A DNA stretch of 57,875 nt from a virus (taxonomy: Duplodnaviria > Caudoviricetes), in the IMG/VR virus record IMGVR_UViG_3300008459_000051, positions 1 to 57,875 of that record. The stretch is one strand, 5' to 3'. Positions 45,614 to 53,853 of the stretch are shown here, one piece after another. The notes beneath the pieces were generated by a model, which was not told the origin of the DNA, did no database searches, and worked only from the letters and a program-made list of their open reading frames with translations. Both the position numbers and the translations under genes were made by a program. Each line of letters starts with the position of its first letter. Positions within the stretch are counted from its first letter, which is position 1.

Positions 45614-46468
45614 CTAGATGGTCGGGGCGAATCCCCGCGACCGCATCAACTTCTGGAACTCTTCCTGGCTCATGCTGCGAGCATCCATTCGACCCGCTGC
45701 GCCCTGAGCCGCCTGCACGCTGCCAGCCTTGGGAGCGGATGGGGCCGCGCCAACGCCAGTACCAGTGGTGGCAGGCACCACAAGCTCACCGAAGAGGTAC
45801 GGGTGCGACTGCCGAAGACCACCAAAGAACTTGGTCTCGTCAAACGACGCCAGTGCCTTCTCGTCCTTGCCTTCAAGTTCCCGCTGGATCAGCCGCAGGG
45901 CGTAGTCCACGTCCTTGACACCATTGGAGACTGCCGTTTCGCGCAGTGCGAACTCAGCTTCCTTGGCCTCAAGAGTACGCTGGAGCTTACGGCGCTGTGC
46001 CTGTTCAGCTGCGAACTGCTTTGCCAGCTTCTCCCGCTCACGCTGGAGTCGCTGCATCTGCTTGGCTGCATCGTTCTGAGCCTGCGGCTGTGCAGCGGTT
46101 TGCACCTCTTCATCCGCATAGAACTCAGGCTCTGCTGCCTTCTGCACCGGAGCTGCCTTGGCCGGCGCAGGCTTGGCCGTGTTGGCCTTAGCTGCCGCCA
46201 TGGCTGCGATGGCGTCATCAATGCTCGAAAAACCAGCGGCCTTGAACTTGGCCTCCAGCTCCGTCACTGCTTCACGCTTACCGCGCTGCCGCTGCTCTTC
46301 CTTCAGCTTGCCAATGGCGTGCTGGGGAAGGATGACGTTCTTGCCGCCCGCAATAGTGGGCAGTCCCGGTTCTGCTGCTGCCTCGATGGCTGGAGCCTCG
46401 ACGACAGGAGTCACTTCCGCCACGGGGGCGTCAGTAACCGGATTCAACTGATTGTTCTCTTCCTGCAT
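45614..46468 (-). CDS. capsid scaffolding protein
   Basis: Coiled coil, DVDYAL, HPYLF, MSQEEF; AAGGAG RBS. Confidence 0.8.
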   Translation of the reverse strand: MQEENNQLNPVTDAPVAEVTPVVEAPAIEAAAEPGLPTIAGGKNVILPQHAIGKLKEEQRQRGKREAVTELEAKFKAAGFSSIDDAIAAMAAAKANTAKPAPAKAAPVQKAAEPEFYADEEVQTAAQPQAQNDAAKQMQRLQREREKLAKQFAAEQAQRRKLQRTLEAKEAEFALRETAVSNGVKDVDYALRLIQRELEGKDEKALASFDETKFFGGLRQSHPYLFGELVVPATTGTGVGAAPSAPKAGSVQAAQGAAGRMDARSMSQEEFQKLMRSRGFAPTI

Positions 46469-46620
46469 ACCGCTCTCCTTCTCTCGCCTTTCCGACTATT
46501 CACCGCCGTCGTAAGCGTGGTGACGGTCGAAGTGCGAGCTTCTGCTGGGAATGACTAAACGGGCCGTGTCCCGCTAGTCGGTGAACTGCAAAACGCACAC
46601 GGGCGGAAACGAGGTAGTGC

Positions 46621-46986
46621 TTAGATGGACGGCCAAGCAGTCGCCATGTCCACTGCCGGGCGCGGCATGTAGGACACGACTGCGCCGGTCACGTTGCCCT
46701 CAAAGGTCAGGGTCGCGCCGTCAGCCGACAGGGTGGCGACGGTAGCAGAAGCCGAACCACCTGCGTCGGTGATCATGCGGGGGCCAGAAGCCGCAGCGCC
46801 TGCGGTCACGCGAGCGCCAAAGACTGCCAGTGCCGGCGGGTCCAGAACGATGGTGGTAGCCGCAGTCTGCGCCACGGTGACCGTCTTGGGGTCCAGCATG
46901 GTGCCCAGGTCGATCTTGGCGAGCACGTCAGCAAGCGTGTTGGGGTTAGCGCGGTTAAGCGCGCTCTTCAGAGTCTCAGCTGCCAT
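46621..46986 (-). CDS. putative head decoration/structural protein
   Basis: Small Ala/Thr beta-rich protein in head module. Confidence 0.55.
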   Translation of the reverse strand: MAAETLKSALNRANPNTLADVLAKIDLGTMLDPKTVTVAQTAATTIVLDPPALAVFGARVTAGAAASGPRMITDAGGSASATVATLSADGATLTFEGNVTGAVVSYMPRPAVDMATAWPSI

Positions 46987-47006
46987 TGTTATTGCTCCAA
47001 AAAGTC

Positions 47007-47387
47007 CTAAGCCTTCTGGCCAAGGAAGTATTTGACCACAGTCTGCACAGCGGGAACCCGCTCCACTTCAATGGCCGTGATGTCTACGCTGGAGGAGACC
47101 AGCGCAAGGAAAGAGTCCACCGGGACTGCCTGAGTGGCGCCGTCGGCAGACGTGATGGTGACAGTGATCTTCCCGCCCACCGACTTGACGATCAGCGCAT
47201 TGACGCCAGTCAGCCCACCGAAAGGCAGGCTGATCGGGCCATCGCTGTTCAGCGTGAGCTGCGATGCCAGCTCAGTAGCCAGCATCAGCTTCTCATCAAG
47301 AGGAGCGGTGATCAGCGGATCAGCAGAAGGCGACCCCGAGGACGGAGTCGCCGTGTAGCTGCCCGATATGGCAAACAGATCTGACAC
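47007..47387 (-). CDS. putative structural protein
   Basis: 126 aa beta-rich, head module. Confidence 0.55.
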   Translation of the reverse strand: MSDLFAISGSYTATPSSGSPSADPLITAPLDEKLMLATELASQLTLNSDGPISLPFGGLTGVNALIVKSVGGKITVTITSADGATQAVPVDSFLALVSSSVDITAIEVERVPAVQTVVKYFLGQKA

Positions 47388-47588
47388 TTACCGTCCGCCT
47401 GCCGAGTTGCTCTTGATGACGAAGGGAGCCGGAGCCGGAGCCATCGGCAGCTGTGCCGTGGGGAGCTTGGCCTCAGTCGCAATCGAGGGCATCTGGTCAG
47501 CGTACTTGCCGGCGCGGGCGTCATAGACGTTGACCGCTTCCGGGGCGCCAGCAGAGGTGCCGGCTGCGATTTCGGTATTCATACCCAT
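47388..47588 (-). CDS. micro-protein 4 of PF-motif array
   Basis: AGGAG RBS; paralog of 47599..47778. Confidence 0.75.
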   Translation of the reverse strand: MGMNTEIAAGTSAGAPEAVNVYDARAGKYADQMPSIATEAKLPTAQLPMAPAPAPFVIKSNSAGGR

Positions 47589-47598
47589 AGTGAAACTC

Positions 47599-47778
47599 CT
47601 ACTTGCCGGCCTTCAGGTTGGCGAAGGGCGAAGGGGTGCCAGGGAGCGCCATGGTGGGCGCGCCGATGGTCTGATGACACGTTGCGTCGTAATACTTTCC
47701 TGCCTTGGCGTCATAGACGTTGACTGCCTCGGGAGCAGCCGGGGAGACGCTGGCAGCAATCTCGGTGTTCTGGGCCAT
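47599..47778 (-). CDS. micro-protein 3 of PF-motif array (59 aa, absent from ORF track)
   Basis: AGGAGG RBS; MAQNTEIAASVSPAAPEAVNVYDAKAGKYYDATCHQTIGAPTMALPGTPSPFANLKAGK. Confidence 0.75.
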   Translation of the reverse strand: MAQNTEIAASVSPAAPEAVNVYDAKAGKYYDATCHQTIGAPTMALPGTPSPFANLKAGK

Positions 47779-47788
47779 GATGGGCCTC

Positions 47789-48028
47789 CTACTTCTTCAG
47801 ATTGGCAAACGGGGTCGAGGTGTTGAGCGGCCCGCCCGAGGTCGAGATCTGGGGCGGCAGCTCCTGGTAATGCCCCGAGGTGGTCACGCCCGAAACCATG
47901 GGCACGCCAGCTGCGGAGTCATAGCCAACAACGCCAGCAAAGCCTTCACGGCTTGCGCCCTTCTCAAGAGCGATCTTGCGGCTGGAGCGCAGGGTGCCGG
48001 GTGAGGGCGGGGGAGTGTATGCAGCCAT
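47789..48028 (-). CDS. micro-protein 2 of PF-motif array
   Basis: GAGG RBS before ATG 48028; YDSAAG; ends PFANLKK. Confidence 0.7.
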   Translation of the reverse strand: MAAYTPPPSPGTLRSSRKIALEKGASREGFAGVVGYDSAAGVPMVSGVTTSGHYQELPPQISTSGGPLNTSTPFANLKK

Positions 48029-48036
48029 GTGGGCCT

Positions 48037-48261
48037 CTACTTCTTCAGGACGAAGGGAGCGCCGGGGCTGGTGAGAGCCTTGGGCGCAAAGTCCTTGATG
48101 TTGGTCATGCTCAGATCGCCGGCCTGCGAACGCTCCGGGGATTCCGGCGGAAGCGCGTACCACTTGGCCGATCCGTGAAAGTCAGCCTCGCGGTGCATAA
48201 CACCGGGCCGAACTTCAATCGGCTTGTCGAGCGGGTATGTCATTGCAACGGTGCGCGCCAT
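48037..48261 (-). CDS. micro-protein 1 of PF-motif array
   Basis: GGAGG RBS; ends PFVLKK. Confidence 0.7.
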   Translation of the reverse strand: MARTVAMTYPLDKPIEVRPGVMHREADFHGSAKWYALPPESPERSQAGDLSMTNIKDFAPKALTSPGAPFVLKK

Positions 48262-48304
48262 GGTTCCTCCACCATCCCTGTACTAGGGGATTCCGTCAAG
48301 TATG

Positions 48305-48748
48305 CTAGGACAGACGAGCCGCCCAGTACAGGAACGGGACCACGCTGGCGTCGTTCTCAATGGCGCCAGACTCTTCCAGCTCCTCCACCAGATCGTGCAG
48401 CTGGTCAGGGTCCATCTCGGCCATGTGCGACTTGATGCCGTCGACAAGCTCCTGCGGCATCTCAGCCAGCGCAGCTTGAATTTCCTGCTTGGCATCTTCC
48501 GGCAGCTCTTGGTCGATCACAGACAGGAAGACCTTGCTTGCGGCCTCTTGGAGAGCCCCAGCGTTCTCAAAGAGCATCTTCAGGAAGCCTTCATAGTCGC
48601 CAGTGGCGCCGGCCTCCTCCATCTCCTCGCCCGCCTCCTCCAGATAGTCGTCCCCGCCTTCGGTTTCGTCATCCGGCGAGGCGATGTCGTTGTCTTCCTC
48701 AGTCTGAGCCATGTAGGACTTGAGGATCTGCGGGTTCAGTCGCGCCAT
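48305..48748 (-). CDS. highly acidic helical protein
   Basis: GGAG RBS before ATG 48748; very Asp/Glu-rich. Confidence 0.7.
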   Translation of the reverse strand: MARLNPQILKSYMAQTEEDNDIASPDDETEGGDDYLEEAGEEMEEAGATGDYEGFLKMLFENAGALQEAASKVFLSVIDQELPEDAKQEIQAALAEMPQELVDGIKSHMAEMDPDQLHDLVEELEESGAIENDASVVPFLYWAARLS

Positions 48749-48797
48749 GTCTAAGTCTCCGATACGGTCAACAGGCGGCACAATACGCCGGAATGGC

Positions 48798-49784
48798 TTA
48801 TTCTGTCACGTCCCCAACTGTTTGAACTCCGTGAGGCCGGCTGGCTGTAATCGGCACACGGGCAGAACCGTTCCATTCCCAGCCTGGAATGCCCCACTGT
48901 GGGCGCCAAGGCATGGTCACGCTGCGGTCATTAGGCCGATTGGGGCTCTGAGTCCATGTCTGCCCCCACCATGAGGGGTGGCACCTCGGATCGGGCGGCA
49001 TCGTGAACACGTTTTGGGGCTTGGCCACCTGACCGTGCAGCACGATGGAGTCTTTGCCCACTCGGCTGTCGAGCGGCTGGCCTGTCATGTCATCGACAAG
49101 CTCAGTCCAGCGTTTGTAAAGATCCGTTACACCATCGGATGCCATGTCGACTGCATCCGTGTGTCCGAAGTTGAAGGCAGCAGCCAAAGAGGTGCGAACG
49201 GCCCGTGCGCTCCTCCACCAATCGGACTCGATCACGTCCTGAACTCTGGTGATCGCTTCTACGGGCTCTTCCTTGGCCGCTACGGCCACCGTGAGGGCTT
49301 CCTCGATACGAGCCACCAAGTTGGTGCCCGAACGCGCCATGGCCCGCCTATTGGCCTCGCGCAGGGCATCCGTCCGCTTGTCGATCAAACCGTTGAAGGT
49401 GGCGACCTCAAGGAGCGGCAAGGTGATGCTCCCCCCAACGAACCGACGCTCTGACTTGGTGATGGTCCGATCAACCTGGCGAATGCCCTCGGCCTGAGCC
49501 TCTCGGCTGATCGGCTCAAGGTTGGCGGCAAGGTCGGCTGCGAGCTTGGCTTGAGCCTCCCGAACCTTCGTCATCAGCTGGCGCAACTGAAAAATGTTTA
49601 GCGGCTCAACCTTCCGCTCGGCGCGCACCATCTGGAACAGCGTAGCCACCAGCTGGTCCTGACCTTGGTCGTAGAGGCGCTTCAGAACCGCGACGCCTCG
49701 TTTGTCCAAAAGCCGGTCCAGAGCAGCGCGGTGCAGCTTCGTCTCAATCAGGAACTCTTTAGCTGCATCTACCTTGGGCGCCAT
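48798..49784 (-). CDS. head morphogenesis protein (Mu gpF/SPP1 gp7-like)
   Basis: KRW...DSRV...LHGQV...F...PNRPNDRS C-terminal motif. Confidence 0.8.
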   Translation of the reverse strand: MAPKVDAAKEFLIETKLHRAALDRLLDKRGVAVLKRLYDQGQDQLVATLFQMVRAERKVEPLNIFQLRQLMTKVREAQAKLAADLAANLEPISREAQAEGIRQVDRTITKSERRFVGGSITLPLLEVATFNGLIDKRTDALREANRRAMARSGTNLVARIEEALTVAVAAKEEPVEAITRVQDVIESDWWRSARAVRTSLAAAFNFGHTDAVDMASDGVTDLYKRWTELVDDMTGQPLDSRVGKDSIVLHGQVAKPQNVFTMPPDPRCHPSWWGQTWTQSPNRPNDRSVTMPWRPQWGIPGWEWNGSARVPITASRPHGVQTVGDVTE

Positions 49785-49898
49785 AAACGGCTCCTGAGCG
49801 CGTTAGAGGTGTCGGGATGGGTACAGACTGCGGCGAGGTGGCGGTCGGCGCTTGGCGGGCCGTTTACGGCCAAGCAAACGCCATTCGCCAAGCGCCCG

Positions 49899-49984
49899 CG
49901 CTTTAGGCTGGAGTGGATGGGGCGCAACCTCTTCCTGTCCAGACCAACTCAGTCCCCGCTTTCGCTTTAGGCTGGAGTGGATGG
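49899..49984. repeat. 22-bp direct repeat x2
   Basis: CGCTTTAGGCTGGAGTGGATGG at 49899-49920 and 49963-49984. Confidence 0.9.
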
Positions 49985-50052
49985 ACCCTAGAGACCCTCC
50001 CCTTCAGCCTTCTTTACCAACTGAACGCAACCGCGATAGCGGTTGCATCTTT

Positions 50053-50243
50053 GAGGAGAGAGCGTAGCTCTCTCTGAGAAGATATCTTCTGGGTACTTAT
50101 AGGTGATGCCACTTGATTATTGCTCCACCCAGCCTCTTCTCTAGACTTCTTGTGCGGCTTCGTCAAGAAGCCGCAATACGAGGAGAGAGCGTAGCTCTCT
50201 CTGAGTATTTCTTCTGGGTACTTATAGGTGATGCCACTTGATT
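50053..50243. repeat. ~65-bp direct repeat x2 with internal palindrome
   Basis: GAGGAGAGAGCGTAGCTCTCTCTGAG-N5/7-CTTCTGGGTACTTATAGGTGATGCCACTTGATT at 50053-50118 and 50180-50243. Confidence 0.9.
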
Positions 50244-50356
50244 TTCCGCCCCTGTTTTTAAGGGGTTTTCGCATCACTGCCCTGACCTCAACTCCAGACC
50301 ACCTTGATGCTCTACCAGTCCAGCCAAAGCCGCACTACCTGTCCGGCGCAACTTGA

Positions 50357-50740
50357 TTATTCTGGAGCCTCTGTCCCCTCCTGCCGAGCCTGCTCATGGA
50401 TGGAGTCATGGCAGCGATGGCAGATGGTGGCGAGGTTCTTAGGGTCCGTTCGACCAGCTACCTGATGCAGCTTGCGGAGGTAGGGGGAGGCCAAGATGTC
50501 AGCCTTGTGGTGGATGGTCAGATCCTGAGTGCCCCCGCACTTGTGGCAGTGCCAGCCATCTCGGCGGAACACGCCCAGCACGATGGAGGGAGGCAGCCCG
50601 CCCTTGCCCTGTGAGTGCAGGGTGGCGCCATGCTCCTTGGCCTCGATCTGGATGCGATCAAGTGCCTTGGCATCGCTGCTGGGCATCGGCTTCTCTGGCT
50701 TGCGCCGGAAGCTCATGTAGCGGGCTGCCTGCTCTCCCAT
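50357..50740 (-). CDS. HNH endonuclease
   Basis: RRDGWHCHKCG, LTIHH, NLATICHRCHDSIH. Confidence 0.85.
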   Translation of the reverse strand: MGEQAARYMSFRRKPEKPMPSSDAKALDRIQIEAKEHGATLHSQGKGGLPPSIVLGVFRRDGWHCHKCGGTQDLTIHHKADILASPYLRKLHQVAGRTDPKNLATICHRCHDSIHEQARQEGTEAPE

Positions 50741-50743
50741 GAC

Positions 50744-51205
50744 CTAATCTCCGTACCCGACGCTGATCTTGTCCTTCTTGCCGTCATCAATCTCGACCAC
50801 AGCCCAGCTCGGAGCGCCCTTGGCGGCTGCCAGTCGAGCCTCCACCCGGCAGTTCTCGCAGTAAACGACATCGCTGGCCTTGATGTAGTCCTTGCCCTCG
50901 GTGTCGCCGCTGTGCTCCTTGAACCGCACGGTCGGCAGCTTGCCCGACTCATCCGGGTTGGCTGCCATCACCATCGCCACGAAGTTGGGAGCCCGCTTCA
51001 GCAGCTCATCCAAGGGCATGAACACCTTGATGCGCCCCGCGCCAGGAGCTCCACACTGGCAGCGGCGTCCAATCCCCCACTTGCGATGGGCCTCCTCGGG
51101 TGTCATCTTCCCGCCCATGAACTTCTGGCGGTGGATCACCTTGTCCTTGGCCGGCGGCGCTGGAGCCGTATCGTAAGGGGACAGGATCAGCTTGGACTCA
51201 CTCAT
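50744..51205 (-). CDS. hypothetical protein with Cys pairs
   Basis: CQC and CENC; coupled start. Confidence 0.65.
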   Translation of the reverse strand: MSESKLILSPYDTAPAPPAKDKVIHRQKFMGGKMTPEEAHRKWGIGRRCQCGAPGAGRIKVFMPLDELLKRAPNFVAMVMAANPDESGKLPTVRFKEHSGDTEGKDYIKASDVVYCENCRVEARLAAAKGAPSWAVVEIDDGKKDKISVGYGD

Positions 51206-51666
51206 CAGCTCTCCGAAGGTGCCTGCGGAGGGGCACCGTAAATGGTCATCAGGTCGGTCCAGCCATGGGCGCCAAACCCGAACTCTACCGAGCGGTCATC
51301 TATGAACAGGTCTGCCATGGGCTTTCCCTGCATCCCGTCATCGACGGCATCGAACACGCCGGGCAGCTCGGTAGCACAAAAGTTCAGCATCTGGTGGTAC
51401 CGAGCCCAATGAAGCTCTCGACCATGAGCCCATGCCGCCTCATGGGGCCGGCGCACTCCAGCCCGCACCAGAGGATCCCACTCAGGCGTGAACAGTAACG
51501 CTCTGTTCGCCCTAGCACTGTAAAGAAGTATTACATGCCCTGCCTGCTTCAGGCTTTCCAGCCCTTCCTTGGCGTGGGGCATGAACTGCAAGGGAGTGGT
51601 GGTGTCTGCGAAGGGTCGATCCTTCCGCACCACCACCCCGTCAAAGTCAACTGCTATGAACATCAT
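51205..51666 (-). CDS. HAD-superfamily hydrolase
   Basis: IAVDFDG, YSAR, KPMADLFIDDR. Confidence 0.8.
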   Translation of the reverse strand: MMFIAVDFDGVVVRKDRPFADTTTPLQFMPHAKEGLESLKQAGHVILLYSARANRALLFTPEWDPLVRAGVRRPHEAAWAHGRELHWARYHQMLNFCATELPGVFDAVDDGMQGKPMADLFIDDRSVEFGFGAHGWTDLMTIYGAPPQAPSES

Positions 51667-53318
51667 CCCTCCGACTTCGAGGGCGCCTTGGGAATGTTCA
51701 TGGTAGGCGAGTTTGGCTGCATCAGATTCAGCGTCATCGCGTCCTGCTGATCCAGCTGGGCCTGCTGCTCCGACTTGATCGTTTCAGCCATGGTCGTGGC
51801 ATCTTCGACAAGGAAGAACGGTGCCGAGAAGGCCACCGCGTGTTCCTGGTCCAGCACCCCGCCCGACTTGGCCATGACCGCTGCCTGAGTAGCCTGGATA
51901 GCCTCCTCCAGCGTCGGCTGGAAGTACGGCCCCCAGTTCAGGTTCAGCTGCCCACCATCACCCAAGCGCCGTGCCGCCTGCTCAACCACACCTTCAGCAC
52001 TTCTTCGCACCTTGGCCGGCATCTTGACGACCTGCCGCAGAATGGCGCCCTCGACAGCCTTCGGTGTCTCAAGGATACGAATGGCCGCAACCATCATCTC
52101 CAGCAGGGGCTTCACCAGCCGCTCGCCGTACTGCTCGCGCAGGATGTCCGCCTTGGCCAGCATGGAGGAGTAGAGGCGCTCCACCTCAGTTGCCGTCCGC
52201 CCATGCACGTTCGCATGGTCCAGAACGCACTGGGCGACCTCCAGAGCCATCTTCCGAAGCTCCTGCGCCATGTCCAGCGCCTGCTTCAGACCAGCCCCGC
52301 TGATCTCCATGTAGTCAGCAGAAGAGCCCTGCGGCAGCTTCAGAGCGTTCCGATTGCCCTTCTTGACGCTGTCCAGCTCTGCATCCGTGATGATCTTCAG
52401 GGTCGGGTCGCAGGAAGCAATGATCCCGATGTTCGCCTGAGAGAGCAGCGCGTCGATCTGATCGCAGATGTCATCAACGCCCAAGCAGTCAGGATCGCCG
52501 TCGATGTCGTCCTGCACCGGCATGTTCTGAGCCCACACCACAGGGCAGAACCCAAACCCGTGCTCGACCTCCCGCTCAACCTGCCACTCAGGCTCCTCAT
52601 CAGAGACAGGGCAGGCCACGAACAGCACATCCCGCTCGCGGTCAATCACTCGGCGGTACCAATAGGGGCGCTGAATCCATGCCCCCGTCTCCGGGTCACG
52701 CTCATCCACCGGAAACATGTACCGCTTCTCGATAGAGGCCAGCTTCAGCGCATGCCGATCCTCAAAGGTCGGAATGCACCAGCGGGGATCATGCACCTCA
52801 ACCACCGGCTTGCCATCCACGAACTGGAAGCCCACAGCCACGGTTCCCATGGACCCGCCATAGGTCCGCGCCATGATCATCGAGGGCCACAGCCGGCTCA
52901 CTTCAGCCAAGGTCCGAACGTAGTCCTCAGTTGCCGGATCTCCCTCCACCCGAAGGATCGGGTGCTTCCGGTCGCTGAACAGCAGCCCCGTAAAGCGGTC
53001 CACAATCACCTTGCGGAGATGGTAGGGAGTGCTGGGCCTTCGGAACTTCACAGGAAAGGTCGCACCTGCATCGTAGTAGCCAGGGGGCAGGAAGCCCGCC
53101 GAGGCAATCGCCTCCGCGTCAATCCCTTCCGCTCGCTCTGTTCCGTCCCAGTCGATCTTGCGGGCGCTGTACTGAGAGCCCCGATAGATCGACCAGAGCC
53201 GGTTCAGCTCCTGCTGCCGAGGACTCATCCCCAGCCGCGCCACCTTGTCCATCATGCCGCCAGCCAGCCCCGCCTGGAGCTGCCTCGCCTTAGCCATGTC
53301 GGGTCGAATGTTAGACAC
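51663..53318 (-). CDS. portal protein
   Basis: IVDRFTGLLF, HGFGFCPVV motif, ~550 aa after terL; GTG after GAGGAG. Confidence 0.85.
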   Translation of the reverse strand: MSNIRPDMAKARQLQAGLAGGMMDKVARLGMSPRQQELNRLWSIYRGSQYSARKIDWDGTERAEGIDAEAIASAGFLPPGYYDAGATFPVKFRRPSTPYHLRKVIVDRFTGLLFSDRKHPILRVEGDPATEDYVRTLAEVSRLWPSMIMARTYGGSMGTVAVGFQFVDGKPVVEVHDPRWCIPTFEDRHALKLASIEKRYMFPVDERDPETGAWIQRPYWYRRVIDRERDVLFVACPVSDEEPEWQVEREVEHGFGFCPVVWAQNMPVQDDIDGDPDCLGVDDICDQIDALLSQANIGIIASCDPTLKIITDAELDSVKKGNRNALKLPQGSSADYMEISGAGLKQALDMAQELRKMALEVAQCVLDHANVHGRTATEVERLYSSMLAKADILREQYGERLVKPLLEMMVAAIRILETPKAVEGAILRQVVKMPAKVRRSAEGVVEQAARRLGDGGQLNLNWGPYFQPTLEEAIQATQAAVMAKSGGVLDQEHAVAFSAPFFLVEDATTMAETIKSEQQAQLDQQDAMTLNLMQPNSPTMNIPKAPSKSEG

Positions 53319-53568
53319 TGAACGGCTCCTCAAGTGACATCAGCACCAGCGCCTGCTCCAAAGCAGCAATCGCCAACTGCACAGCCTTACGCGCTTCCGG
53401 CAATGCCGGCGGTCGACAGAGCACCAGCCCAGCCACAGCCCCTCGACAAGCCACTTCAGCACTCTCAATGCTGGCAGCAGCAAGACGAATTGGGTCAGCC
53501 TTGTAGGGCTCTTTGGCCTTTTGCGCCTGATCGTGGTCAATGGCTTCTTGCAATGTTGCTTCATCCAT
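53311..53568 (-). CDS. hypothetical protein
   Basis: ATG 53568 within track ORF; fills operon gap. Confidence 0.5.
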   Translation of the reverse strand: MDEATLQEAIDHDQAQKAKEPYKADPIRLAAASIESAEVACRGAVAGLVLCRPPALPEARKAVQLAIAALEQALVLMSLEEPFSV

Positions 53569-53578
53569 GGCGCGCACC

Positions 53579-53839
53579 TTACCCTCTCCTGCCGTTTCCT
53601 GCGATGGAATGAGACATTCCACCCAAGGCAGAGCGGCTGGACCCAGGGGCCGCCACCATGGCCGCGCAAGGATCGCACAGCCCAACCCGCTGTTCCTTCT
53701 TCTGGCCTCGATCTCCGTACCCTACCGTGGCAACACCCCAACGCCGCGCCTCGCGGCTGGAGCATCTGTCACAGGCATAACGGAACGGGCCTTCCTCGGT
53801 AGGCGCGGTCAGATACACTTCCTTCGACGGACGGGGCAT
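53579..53839 (-). CDS. hypothetical zinc-binding protein
   Basis: CDRC...CDPC; AGGA RBS. Confidence 0.5.
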   Translation of the reverse strand: MPRPSKEVYLTAPTEEGPFRYACDRCSSREARRWGVATVGYGDRGQKKEQRVGLCDPCAAMVAAPGSSRSALGGMSHSIAGNGRRG

Positions 53840-53853
53840 TGATCTTCCTATCT

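Noticed and set aside
45560-45616. Scaffold-capsid readthrough fusion (genes are in the same frame)
   Set aside because: The spacer contains several in-frame stops (TAG TGA ... TGA ... TGA)
43901-46558. 885-aa + strand ORF spanning capsid and scaffold
   Set aside because: Antisense shadow of two same-frame, strongly biased genes; no recognisable motifs
49899-50243. CRISPR array
   Set aside because: Only two copies of each repeat, lengths atypical, no cas genes
50014-50277. 87-aa minus ORF over the duplicated cassette
   Set aside because: The repeat copies fall in different frames and are palindromic, pointing to DNA/RNA-level function
51840-53321. 493-aa + strand ORF
   Set aside because: Antisense shadow of the portal gene
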